From: Nitrosopumilaceae archaeon
Lineage (GTDB): Archaea; Thermoproteota; Nitrososphaeria; Nitrososphaerales; Nitrosopumilaceae
Length of the DNA: 64,000 nucleotides
Direction of reading: 5' to 3'
Assembly (NCBI GenBank): GCA_965214835.1
Contig: CBDCCK010000002.1
Location: 2,048,001-2,112,000, forward strand
This document shows, in pieces, positions 1-8,821 of this stretch; the stretch's first letter is position 1; each line of letters starts with the position of its first letter. The notes under the pieces are model-generated. The model did not search any database. It saw only the letters and a program-made list of their open reading frames with translations, and had not been told where the DNA came from. Position numbers and translations under genes: made by a program.

Positions 1-521
1 ATCCCGGAGCTTGCGGCCACCAGTATGATTGCACGCTCCAGCGGCCCCCGGCAGAACCTGAGCATCCTCTGTACCTCCGCGCGCGTCCATCCGCGGGAGG
101 ACGGCGACGGGCCGGTCTCTTCGGGAAACGTGGCGTATATGCGCTTCCAAGGGATCGCGACGTCGTTCATATCCAGCAGCTTCTTGACCGGCTTGAAATA
201 CCCGCCAAACGAGACGGGATTGAGGTATTCTGGATTGTCGGGGGCAAGCCTGGTCCGCTCGAGCAGCTTGCGCGAGAGGCTCAGCAGCAGGTCGCGCACC
301 CATGCCGGATCCTCCCGGCCGTACTGCACCAGCTGTTTCACGCGGCCCTCGAGGTCGCCCTCCAGTATGTCCTCTAGCATGCCGCAGAGCACCTGGCGCA
401 GCGTGCGGGTGTATTTCTCGCGCGTCTCCTCTGCCTTGATACCCTGGTTGAACAGGGCAAGCGGGGCCGCCTGGCTCACCCTCTCAAAGTCATCCATCGT
501 AAGCTTCATTCTGATTTCCAT
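1..521 (-). CDS. Tyrosine recombinase/integrase, runs off window edge
   Basis: Manual translation (not in ORF track): MEIRMKLTMDDFERV...RGWTRAEVQRMLRFCRGPLERAIILVAASSG, the lead-in to the box I Arg motif; starts 30 bp past a tRNA 3' end. Confidence 0.75.
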   Translation of the reverse strand, partial: MEIRMKLTMDDFERVSQAAPLALFNQGIKAEETREKYTRTLRQVLCGMLEDILEGDLEGRVKQLVQYGREDPAWVRDLLLSLSRKLLERTRLAPDNPEYLNPVSFGGYFKPVKKLLDMNDVAIPWKRIYATFPEETGPSPSSRGWTRAEVQRMLRFCRGPLERAIILVAASSG

Positions 522-551
522 TTCCTGGAACGCATAAAAGGTACAATATTG

Positions 552-647
552 TGGTGGACCGGATGGGATTTGAACCCACGACCCTTGCGGAGAGGCGATC
601 TCTTACGCAGTGTGAATGCGTCATCCTAGCCACTAGACGACCGGTCC
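552..647 (-). tRNA. tRNA-Val(CAC) with 20-nt non-canonical intron (584-603, position 44/45) and encoded CCA
   Basis: Acceptor GGACCGG/CCGGTCC-A-CCA; anticodon arm ACGCA-TTCACAC-TGCGT; T arm GTGGG-TTCAAAT-CCCAT; removing the intron leaves variable loop AGGTC and 76 nt. Confidence 0.93.
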
Positions 648-900
648 AAGTAAGACACGAGTCTGGGAGCTTTTTTTGTCTTTGGGTTAGGCCATCTAAG
701 TACAGATGGGATTGTTGTTTTTGTCTTGCTGTTGGGGCATCATGCCACCTGTCCAGTTTCTGTTTTTGCTCGATTTTCGGTACATTTCATAGTTGAAAAC
801 ATGCTAATTGTTCCTCATGGCTGCCGTCTCATGGGGCCCTGGCACCTTCATGCCTGGCCAGCAAGGGGGCGCAAACTCGCACTCGGGAAACTTTACTCGT

Positions 901-1040
901 CAATATACCGCAGGATGTGGCCCACATGGATGTTTGCACTGCCTTTGCGTGGTTGGCCAAAAACGCCCCGTCCTGCCATCTGAGACTGGCCGCATTCGGG
1001 AACAAACGTACAGCCTGCGGGAAAAAACCGGACGATCCCT
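901..1040 (+). repeat. Decayed right-end fragment of the IS5-type element at 43651-44836
   Basis: Aligns by eye with about 44684-44836 (tggccc.catggat.tttgc...tggttggcc.aaaa...cagcctg.gggaa...ggac.a.ccc). Confidence 0.7.
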
Positions 1041-1246
1041 GCCGGACAGGATGCCTATTTCTTTGCACCAAGCGTCCTGTTCTTTAGCCTGAGATGCGGG
1101 TTCTTGCACTTGCGACACCGCGTGGCATTGATGTCGTTTCTTGCCCCGCAGTTAAAGCAGATCTTCATGTACAGCCTGGCCTGCTGGGCGATTCTCTTCT
1201 TCTCGGGATCCGTGATTGGCATGTGTACTCCCACAAAGACTCTCTT

Positions 1247-2155
1247 TTATTCCTTCATCTTGCCTGCAAGCAAGACCGGCACCTCTACAGGCCTCTTTGC
1301 TACCGGAATGTTTGCCTTGTTAAACATCGCTATCTTGGATTCTGCAGAGCCGTATGTACCCATTATGATTGCGCCTGCATGCCCCATCCTCTTCTCCTTG
1401 GGGGCCGCCCTGCCTGCGATGTATGCCACTGCCGGTTTGTCAAACCCACTGTCTATAATCCTCTGGGCTAGGATCTCCTCCGAGTCGCCTCCGATTTCTC
1501 CGACGACGACTAGCCCGTCAAGATCCGAGACGTTCCTTACCATCTCAAAGGCGTCTACGAGCCTCGTGCCGTTTACCGGATCCCCCCCGATTCCGATCGT
1601 GATTGCCTGCCCAAAGCCCGCACTGGTCAGCGCGTCTGAGATCTCGTAAAGCAGGGTTCCGCTCTTTGAGAGCACCGCAATCCTTCCAGCCTTGAACGGG
1701 GTCGGAGGCATGATTCCGACCTTGATTGTCTCCGGAATCATGATTCCCGGCGTGTTGGGGCCGATGACTATTGCATCGTTTTTCCCTGCCATGTCCAGGA
1801 CGCGCATCGTGTCCCTCACCGGCACGTGCTCCGGGATTGCCACTAGCAGCTTGATGCCTGCCTCTAGCGCCTCGGTTGCCGCGCCCAGGAAGAACCTTGC
1901 CGGAACAAAGACGATTGAAATCTTGGCGCCCGTCGCCTCCGCTGCCTCCCTGACCGTGTTGTATATTGGAACCCCCTCAAACTTCTGGCCGCCCTTTCCG
2001 GGCGTCACGCCTGCTGCGATATTGGTCCCGTATGCAATCATGTTTTTCCCATGTACAGAGCCGTACGCCCCGGTCAGTCCCTGGACGATTACCGGTTTTT
2101 TCTTATAGTCCGGCTCGCCCGGACTTCCCCTGAGCAGCTCAAAGACGTCTGTCAT
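1247..2155 (-). CDS. sucD: Succinyl-CoA synthetase alpha subunit
   Basis: VQGLTG, GVTPGKGG, GPNTPG, SKSGTL, GIGGD and RMGHAGA phospho-His motif. Confidence 0.97.
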   Translation of the reverse strand: MTDVFELLRGSPGEPDYKKKPVIVQGLTGAYGSVHGKNMIAYGTNIAAGVTPGKGGQKFEGVPIYNTVREAAEATGAKISIVFVPARFFLGAATEALEAGIKLLVAIPEHVPVRDTMRVLDMAGKNDAIVIGPNTPGIMIPETIKVGIMPPTPFKAGRIAVLSKSGTLLYEISDALTSAGFGQAITIGIGGDPVNGTRLVDAFEMVRNVSDLDGLVVVGEIGGDSEEILAQRIIDSGFDKPAVAYIAGRAAPKEKRMGHAGAIIMGTYGSAESKIAMFNKANIPVAKRPVEVPVLLAGKMKE

Positions 2156-2156
2156 C

Positions 2157-3260
2157 CTAGTTTATCCCCATCACTGCTGCGTTGATTGCCTCCTCGACGG
2201 AGTCAAACATCACAGTCTTTGAGTCCCTGAGCATTTCCTGTGCCCTGTCTGACTCTGCCCCCTTTAGCCTCGAGTAGACCGGCAGGTCAATCAGGCCGTC
2301 ATCATATGCCTTGATGAATGCCGATGCGACCGTCGTCGTCTTTACAATCCCGCCGTAAAGGTTTACCAGGATCGCCTTGACCCTGTCCATCCTGCTGATT
2401 AGTGTGAGTGCCTCGTAAACCGATTCGGTGGTCGCCCCGCCGCCCACATCCAAAAAACATGCCGGCCTTCCTCCGTTGTCTGAGAGCATGTCCAGCGTTG
2501 ACATGACCAGCCCGGCTCCGTTTCCCACTACTGCAATGTTTCCATCCAGCTCCACCAGGCTGAATCCTGATTTTTCTGCGCGCTCCTCGATTTCTGTCTT
2601 TTCCTGGTACTTTTGCAGCTCGTCATGTCTAAAGTTTGCATTGTCATCCGTTACGACCTTGCCGTCCAGGGCCAGCAGCGAGTCGTCCCCTGTCACTGCC
2701 AGCGGGTTGATCTCTGCAAGCTCTGCCTCCTTCTCCGTTGTCAGTCTTGACAACTTTTGCAAAATGTCTGCCAGATCGTCTGCTGATTTCCCGTCCAGTC
2801 CAATCTCTGCTGCAACCTGCCTTGCTGTGGCCTCGTCGACATCGCCCAGGCCGACCTCCTTTATTACCTGGCTTTTGACCGACTCTATCTCGACGCCGCC
2901 ATCTGATGATGCGATGACCGTGTAGCATCTCTTGCTTCTGTTCAAAAACAGCGACAGGTACAGCTCCTTTTTGACGTCTGCCATCTTCTCCAGCAATACC
3001 GCACGCGCCCTCTCCCCCCTGATCTCCATGCCCAGAACCTGAGGATACCTGATATCGAACTCGTCGATGTTGTGGCATTTCTGGATCCCCCCAGCCTTTC
3101 CACGCCCTCCGACTGGAACCTGGATTTTGATTACAAACGGGAATCCCAGCTCCCTGGCGTCCCTTCTGCCCTGCTCGATGTCCTTTGAGGCCCTGCTTGG
3201 GGGCGTCGGGATGCCGTATTGCCCGAACAACTCCTTTGCCTGAAATTCTAATAGGCGCAT
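2157..3260 (-). CDS. sucC: Succinyl-CoA synthetase beta subunit
   Basis: LLEFQAKELF, GGRGKAGG, EINPL, GNGAGLVMSTLD, FLDVGGGA. Confidence 0.97.
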   Translation of the reverse strand: MRLLEFQAKELFGQYGIPTPPSRASKDIEQGRRDARELGFPFVIKIQVPVGGRGKAGGIQKCHNIDEFDIRYPQVLGMEIRGERARAVLLEKMADVKKELYLSLFLNRSKRCYTVIASSDGGVEIESVKSQVIKEVGLGDVDEATARQVAAEIGLDGKSADDLADILQKLSRLTTEKEAELAEINPLAVTGDDSLLALDGKVVTDDNANFRHDELQKYQEKTEIEERAEKSGFSLVELDGNIAVVGNGAGLVMSTLDMLSDNGGRPACFLDVGGGATTESVYEALTLISRMDRVKAILVNLYGGIVKTTTVASAFIKAYDDGLIDLPVYSRLKGAESDRAQEMLRDSKTVMFDSVEEAINAAVMGIN

Positions 3261-3306
3261 GTGTAAGAAAACATGCCTGCCTTGGTCTTTATTAACTGTA
3301 GGGTGG

Positions 3307-3636
3307 TCACTGGACCTCCTTTTCCAGCAGATCGATTATCTCCATGAATCGATCCCTGCTTTTTCTGAGGATGATCTTGGGATAGTCGTCGATCGTATAC
3401 ACGTGCTGCTGGCGAAACGCGGGGATTATCATGCCTCCCGATGCCACAAGCTGCTCTACTATGTAGTTCCTGGTAAGCGAGCATACGATCTCCTCATAGC
3501 TGCCTTCCTCCTCATCGAAGGTCTGGCGGTACAGCACGATTGGCTTGTTTGTCTGCTCGACGATCTTTGATCCCTTGCGCAGCAGCCCGGTGAGGTGGTT
3601 TACCTGCCAGGCATCCAGGCTGATCTGCTTTACCAT
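3307..3636 (-). CDS. Hypothetical protein (thaumarchaeal type)
   Basis: 109-aa ORF with ATG start and normal composition, co-oriented with sucCD. Confidence 0.75.
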   Translation of the reverse strand: MVKQISLDAWQVNHLTGLLRKGSKIVEQTNKPIVLYRQTFDEEEGSYEEIVCSLTRNYIVEQLVASGGMIIPAFRQQHVYTIDDYPKIILRKSRDRFMEIIDLLEKEVQ

Positions 3637-3716
3637 GGAACAATTACGCCGATTTTCTATTTAACTGCCGACTTTTGCCCTTTGCCAGCCAATTTGCGCA
3701 GGCGAATAAAAAATTT

Positions 3717-5351
3717 GTATGAGGTCACCTACCCCTCACAATAGGGTAAACATTACTGACGGTGCTGATCCTTATACTATGATCGCGTAGACTAGGCATT
3801 GTGAAAGGTCAGCTCTCCGCATGCTACGAGATCAAGGCATCTACAGCATCGCCCACGGAGACGATAAAGAATCTAAAAAAGGACCTCAAGGAGCGTGACA
3901 ATATCATTGAGGAGCAGGGCAGGACCATTGAAAGGCTAAACAAGACACTTGAAAAGCGCGACAAGACCATCAGGGAGCAGGACAACCGGCTCCGGTACTA
4001 CGAGAACGAGAACTCGCCCCCGTCGGCAGACTCGCTGGAGTGGAAGAGGCAAAAGGCGCAGAGGAGAAAGGAGAGGGCCCGGCCCGATGCTGCAGCCGGG
4101 GATGACGGCACCGGGGAGGACAGAAAAAAGCCCGGCGGCCAGAAGGGCCACAAGGGCGTATCGCGCACCCACCGGCCCACCAGGGTACAGAAACACTGCT
4201 TTCCGGGTGGACGGGCGCCGGAGTGCAAGTGCGGCACCACCACAGAGATCATGAAAAAGCCGCAGGTGCGCGACATGATAGGATTCAAGATAAAGTACAC
4301 CGAGACGCGCCACGAGACACAGAGGGCAGTGTGCCCGAAATGCGGCACCATGCATACTGCCCCCGACGGCCTGCCCCGACGCGGCAGCTATGACACGAGC
4401 GTGGTCACAGCCGTCACAAAGCTGCGCAGCGAGGGCGTCCCACACAACAGGATCCCGGGTATAATGTCAGATATCCTGGGCGTGCACATGTCAAAGTCAA
4501 CTGCAATCAACAGCATGGGACGCGTCTGCGACGCCGCAAAGGCGCCTGCCGAGGCCATCGCAGAGGAGGTAAGAAGCTCAAAGACGGTCTGCATAGACGA
4601 GACGGGGATCAACCTGGCAGGCAGACTGGGATGGGCGTGGGCCATGCTGTCGGCGGTGGGCGTGTTCATGATATATGCAGACACCAGGAGCGCCCGGATC
4701 CTGGACCAGTACATGGGCGGGTACGGGGGCGTCGTCACATCGGACGGATATCCCGCATACAAGAGGTTCGGGCTGCTGGGAAGGCTCCAGCGGTGCTGGG
4801 CGCACGAGCTGCGGTTCCTCCTGTATGGCTCGCAGAAAAAGGGCGCCCTGCTGTTTGCAGGAGTCCTGTACCGGCAGATGCAGCAGCTGTTCAAGGATGC
4901 CAGGGAGTGTCTTGAGGGCTGGGACAAGCTGTCCGGGGAGGATCTCCGGGAGCTCGAGGAGAGGACGGGGATAAGCAGTGCCGGCGGGCTGATGGGGCGG
5001 CACTCGCCGGAGCTGCGCCGGCGGTTTGAGACCAACATGCAGAACATGCTGTTCGGATACGTTGATGCATGGGGCGGCCCGCTGGAGCCCCTTCTCAAGA
5101 GGATGCACAGGGCCCTGCCGTGCATGTTTGCGTTTCTGGAATACGAGGGTGTCGAGCCGACCAACAATGGTGCAGAGCGGGCGCTGCTCCCCGTCGTACT
5201 TCAATTCAAGATAAGCGGCCAGATCAAGGGAGGCCTGGTCTGGACGGAAAGGCATGGATGGCTCAATACATGCGTGTCGACATGGAAGCTGCAGGGCAAG
5301 TCCATCATGGATGAGGTGGCCAAAATAATCTAGGGGTAGGTGACCACATAC
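3717..5351 (+). mobile_element. IS66-family element A (single ORF), apparently intact
   Basis: TIRs GTATGAGGTCACCTACCCCT / AGGGGTAGGTGACCACATAC; 8-bp TSD AAAAATTT at 3709-3716 and 5352-5359. Confidence 0.93.
3801..5333 (+). CDS. IS66 transposase
   Basis: Coiled coil, NSPPS, KPGGQKGHKG, Zn ribbon, IDETG, SDGYPAY, QRCWAH, TNNGAERAL. Confidence 0.95.
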   Translation: MKGQLSACYEIKASTASPTETIKNLKKDLKERDNIIEEQGRTIERLNKTLEKRDKTIREQDNRLRYYENENSPPSADSLEWKRQKAQRRKERARPDAAAGDDGTGEDRKKPGGQKGHKGVSRTHRPTRVQKHCFPGGRAPECKCGTTTEIMKKPQVRDMIGFKIKYTETRHETQRAVCPKCGTMHTAPDGLPRRGSYDTSVVTAVTKLRSEGVPHNRIPGIMSDILGVHMSKSTAINSMGRVCDAAKAPAEAIAEEVRSSKTVCIDETGINLAGRLGWAWAMLSAVGVFMIYADTRSARILDQYMGGYGGVVTSDGYPAYKRFGLLGRLQRCWAHELRFLLYGSQKKGALLFAGVLYRQMQQLFKDARECLEGWDKLSGEDLRELEERTGISSAGGLMGRHSPELRRRFETNMQNMLFGYVDAWGGPLEPLLKRMHRALPCMFAFLEYEGVEPTNNGAERALLPVVLQFKISGQIKGGLVWTERHGWLNTCVSTWKLQGKSIMDEVAKII

Positions 5352-5382
5352 AAAAATTTTGGTGGGATACTCCGGCCTGCGA

Positions 5383-5967
5383 CTACATGTCTAGTGCACG
5401 GGAGTGCTTTTTGGTATGCGGCCTTTCTCCTGAGTACCTTCGTCTCATGTGTCCTGACGGCCTGCCGTATAGCAGCTCTAGAAACCATGACTCGTGCTCG
5501 ATCTCCTCTGCCAGGATGTCCTTTGCAATGTCGTACGTTGCGGGATCCTTGCCTAGAGTCATCTTGCAGACCTTGTCCCAGTTTACGATCGCACCCTGCT
5601 CTGCCTTCAGGCACTTTTCCAGGATTGACTTTAGATCCGTCGGATCGGGGGAAAGCTGCAGGAACTCGCATCCCGACATTTTGATAAAGCCGGCCGCGTC
5701 ATTTGGGAGCTCTCCGCCCAGCTGGTGGATCCTCTCGATGCATGATTCGAAGTGGCTGAGGTCTTCTAGCCTTGCATCCTCGATGATTCCCTTGATGCCC
5801 TCGCCCTCCATTCCGGTACAGTGGGTTCTCAGGTTCGTAAAGTAATAGTATGCGGTAAACTCTACTGATGCGTTGTAGACTAGCGTCCTGATGAGCTCGT
5901 CTACGTCAATGCCGTTCTGCTTGAGAACGTTTACCCCGACCACGTTGAATTTTTCCGAGTCAGACAT
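5383..5967 (-). CDS. dps: Dps-like (DpsL) ferritin-family protein
   Basis: EFTAYYY, EDARLEDLSHFE, AEQGAI, LAEEIEHESWF di-iron motifs; start placed at MSDSEKF. Confidence 0.88.
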   Translation of the reverse strand: MSDSEKFNVVGVNVLKQNGIDVDELIRTLVYNASVEFTAYYYFTNLRTHCTGMEGEGIKGIIEDARLEDLSHFESCIERIHQLGGELPNDAAGFIKMSGCEFLQLSPDPTDLKSILEKCLKAEQGAIVNWDKVCKMTLGKDPATYDIAKDILAEEIEHESWFLELLYGRPSGHMRRRYSGERPHTKKHSRALDM

Positions 5968-6528
5968 GGCTGATATTGCACACGACCTCCTAATAAAATA
6001 GGGGCTGTCGCGCAATTCTGCCTGCCTGACTATATTTTTGTGAGCCTCCGGCCCCCTGCGCGCCCGGCCCGATGGCATCTTGCAGGTTTTGAGGAAATCC
6101 TGGCAAATCAGGAGACGTCCCGTCACCGTACACCTGTCTAGCCGTGCCTGTCCGAGCACGGCTTTTTTTTGCCGTGATCATGATGTCTTGAAGATCCGAT
6201 GATCCGGCGGGACGCTTGAGCCTGCCTCTGGGACTCTGCGCTGCGGGATAATCCCTGGGGGCATTGGTGCTGTCCTTCATGAGGAGTCTTGTCTGGCAGG
6301 CCCGGTCACGCTACTGCGGGAGACACCCGGCCACGCACTGCGCATCAGGACCCGTCGCGCAAACCATCTCTACCGCAGCCATTCTGATCCCGTCGCCGGG
6401 CCTGCCTCCCGTACGGCAAGCCATCTTTTCTTGCCAGATTCGTGAGCCATGTGCACCACGACGGAGGTGCACTGCGGCCTGATGGCTGGCCTGAGGAGCA
6501 TCTGTCTCTTCACTGCTGTCCCTGCCAG

Positions 6529-8361
6529 CTAAAGCCTGGTCACATCGCGAGAAAAGAAAAGATCCACAAGCCAGTCAAGCCCCACCCTGACTCTCTTCTC
6601 TAGTACCGGAAGGGTGGACAGATAGTACTGCTTCCATACAAACCATGCGGCAAATCCGGTCAGACTGATTCCAAGCATCCTTGCGACGCCGTCCCGCCTG
6701 CCGATCTTTGCCATGGATCCCTTCGACGAGTAAAGAAACCTGGATAACTGCCCCCTGCTGCGAACAGAGCAAATCAGATTCTCCGCCACAATCTTTGCCT
6801 CCCTGATTGCATGCTGGGCAGTCGGAGGATACGGGTTTCCCTGCAAATCCAAAATGCGGGCGCAGTCGCCTAGTGCAAACACGTTGGAACGGCCCGGCAC
6901 CCTTAGAAACTCATCTACCATGATCCTGCCCGTCCTGTCGTGTTCTACATCAAGAGACTTTACAAAATCCTGCGACTCGTTTCCGCCGGCCCAGACCAGC
7001 ACGGAGTAGCGCAGCTTGGATCCATCGCTCAGTGATATCTCAGAGCCGTCTGCATCTGTAACCTTGGTATTGTAGATTATCGTCACGCCTGCCCTGACCA
7101 GGGATTCGGCCGCATGCTTCCCCAAGACTCCAATTTCAGGAAGGATGTGATCCCTTGCCGAAATTAGCGTCACCTGGATGGCGTCAGAATCTATGTTCCT
7201 ATAGTATTTCTCTGATGACTCCCTGATGAACTCGTTGATTTCACCTGCAGTCTCCACCCCCGAAAAGCCGCCCCCGATTATGACAAATGAGAGGAGGCCG
7301 GCCTGCCTCGCAGTCTCCCGCTGATCTGCCAGCTCCAACTGCGCAATTACCTGATTCCTCAAGAGGTTGGCATCATTGAGGGTCTTTATCGTAATGGCAT
7401 GCCTTCTTATGCCCTCGTTTCCAAAAAAGCCGGTCTTTGTCCCGGCTGCAACTACAAGATAGTCGTATTCCAGCAGACTCTCCCCGTTTGAGTTCCTGAT
7501 GGCTGCCAGCCGCCTTTTGAAATCGACGCCAGTAACCTGCGCCTGATAGAACCTAGCCCTCTTGCAGAAATTTCTAATCGGCGTGGCAATGTGCCGCGGC
7601 TCTATCGTCCCAGTCGAAAGCTCCGGCAGCATTGGCGTGTGTAGGAAAAAGTTGTTTTCTGAAACAATGGAAATGCTAATGTCTACGTCCTTTTCAAACC
7701 TTTTCTGTATTTTCTCTAGCACGCCTACGCCTGCATAGCCGCCTCCCAGTATTACGATTTTTTTGGTGTCGGGATGAGCAGATGCGTGGATGTACCGGTG
7801 GTGCTCATTGAACGTGGAAATCTTTGAAAACTCTATGTCGCACGCATGGCACCTGTAGTTCATCCCTTTTTTCGCGGTCATGACGGAGGATGACGCCCCA
7901 AGCGTGATGCCCCACAGGGCGTGGCTAAAAAACGCCCCAAGCAGGTATCCAGTTGAGAATACTGTCCCTACAGCAGGGGCGTTGCCTATCTCTGCCATTA
8001 TTGGATGAATCAAAAAGTACTGTACGGGAAACGCAAAGACGACGGTTACGACAGCGCCTGCCAAGAGGCCAAATACTATCCCGTTTGACATCTTTGAGAT
8101 GTTGAGCATGTTTGTCTTGTATAGGATGACGCCCACAGATATTCCGATGACTGTGGCAACTGCAAAGTGCAGCAATGCGCCGACTGCAGGCTCCGAGGAT
8201 CCCAGAATTTTTGCCGCAGCTGCCCAAAACAGGTTAAACTCAGAGCTTGGTGCATCTGAAAAAAACACAGGCAGAATCATCACAACCGCACCCAAAATTG
8301 AGCCGATCGTAATAAAGAACACCTCCTTTCTTATTGAAAAATCAACGACAAGGGACTTCAA
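6529..8361 (-). CDS. Type II NADH dehydrogenase-like flavoprotein with N-terminal membrane domain and C2H2 motif
   Basis: ILGGGYAG, IIGGGFSGVE, FALGD, PPTAQHA; about 4 hydrophobic helices then CHAC-x12-H-x4-H. Confidence 0.88.
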   Translation of the reverse strand: MKSLVVDFSIRKEVFFITIGSILGAVVMILPVFFSDAPSSEFNLFWAAAAKILGSSEPAVGALLHFAVATVIGISVGVILYKTNMLNISKMSNGIVFGLLAGAVVTVVFAFPVQYFLIHPIMAEIGNAPAVGTVFSTGYLLGAFFSHALWGITLGASSSVMTAKKGMNYRCHACDIEFSKISTFNEHHRYIHASAHPDTKKIVILGGGYAGVGVLEKIQKRFEKDVDISISIVSENNFFLHTPMLPELSTGTIEPRHIATPIRNFCKRARFYQAQVTGVDFKRRLAAIRNSNGESLLEYDYLVVAAGTKTGFFGNEGIRRHAITIKTLNDANLLRNQVIAQLELADQRETARQAGLLSFVIIGGGFSGVETAGEINEFIRESSEKYYRNIDSDAIQVTLISARDHILPEIGVLGKHAAESLVRAGVTIIYNTKVTDADGSEISLSDGSKLRYSVLVWAGGNESQDFVKSLDVEHDRTGRIMVDEFLRVPGRSNVFALGDCARILDLQGNPYPPTAQHAIREAKIVAENLICSVRSRGQLSRFLYSSKGSMAKIGRRDGVARMLGISLTGFAAWFVWKQYYLSTLPVLEKRVRVGLDWLVDLFFSRDVTRL

Positions 8362-8425
8362 TGCTTCTCATCTATCTGAACATGATTTTGACAGCTGGAC
8401 ATAATAACCATTTTACCAAATCCGG

Positions 8426-8518
8426 CGCACGCGGCCGCCTCTCCGGGCAGCTAGGCGCAGGCCTGCATGCAGCTGTGGTTTTTGTGACTGGCAGGTACGT
8501 GGGGCGCGGCCTCGTGCA
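8426..8518. repeat. Heavily decayed IS66-A MITE copy
   Basis: Ends gcacgcggccgcc...ggggcgcggcctcgtgc resemble GTATGAGGTCACC...GGGGACGTGACCTCATAC at the same spacing. Confidence 0.55.
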
Positions 8519-8637
8519 ACCTGACCATGCTTTTTCACATCGGGCCGGCAAGGCCTGACCGGACCGGATGCCGGGCACCATCCCGGTACAGGCAGCCCTG
8601 ACTCGCGCCCCCGGCCTGACTGCAGTCTGCCATGGCT

Positions 8638-8731
8638 ACCGGTGCGCACATCAAAAAACGGATCACAGTTTTGACACATCGTGGCATGTTTTGATAAGAA
8701 AATGTTCGATTTTTCAACTGTGCACACTGCA
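8638..8731 (+). repeat. About 90-bp MITE, family D (IS630-like ends), copy 1
   Basis: Core ttttgaca.atcgtg.atgttttgataagaaaa shared with 12079-12172 (inverted) and 63044-63133; GTGCGCACA...TGTGCACAC ends. Confidence 0.75.
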
Positions 8732-8821
8732 GTCAGGCGTTGTGGGAACGGGGGGATTCGGCAAGACGTGCAGGCGGGGATATGGCGTCCCGGCAAGGCA
8801 ATACCCGGATTTTCCCACAAG

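Noticed and set aside
584-603. Long variable arm implying a Ser/Leu/Sec-type or recoding tRNA
   Set aside because: A strict BHB motif and a canonical 76-nt product favour an intron
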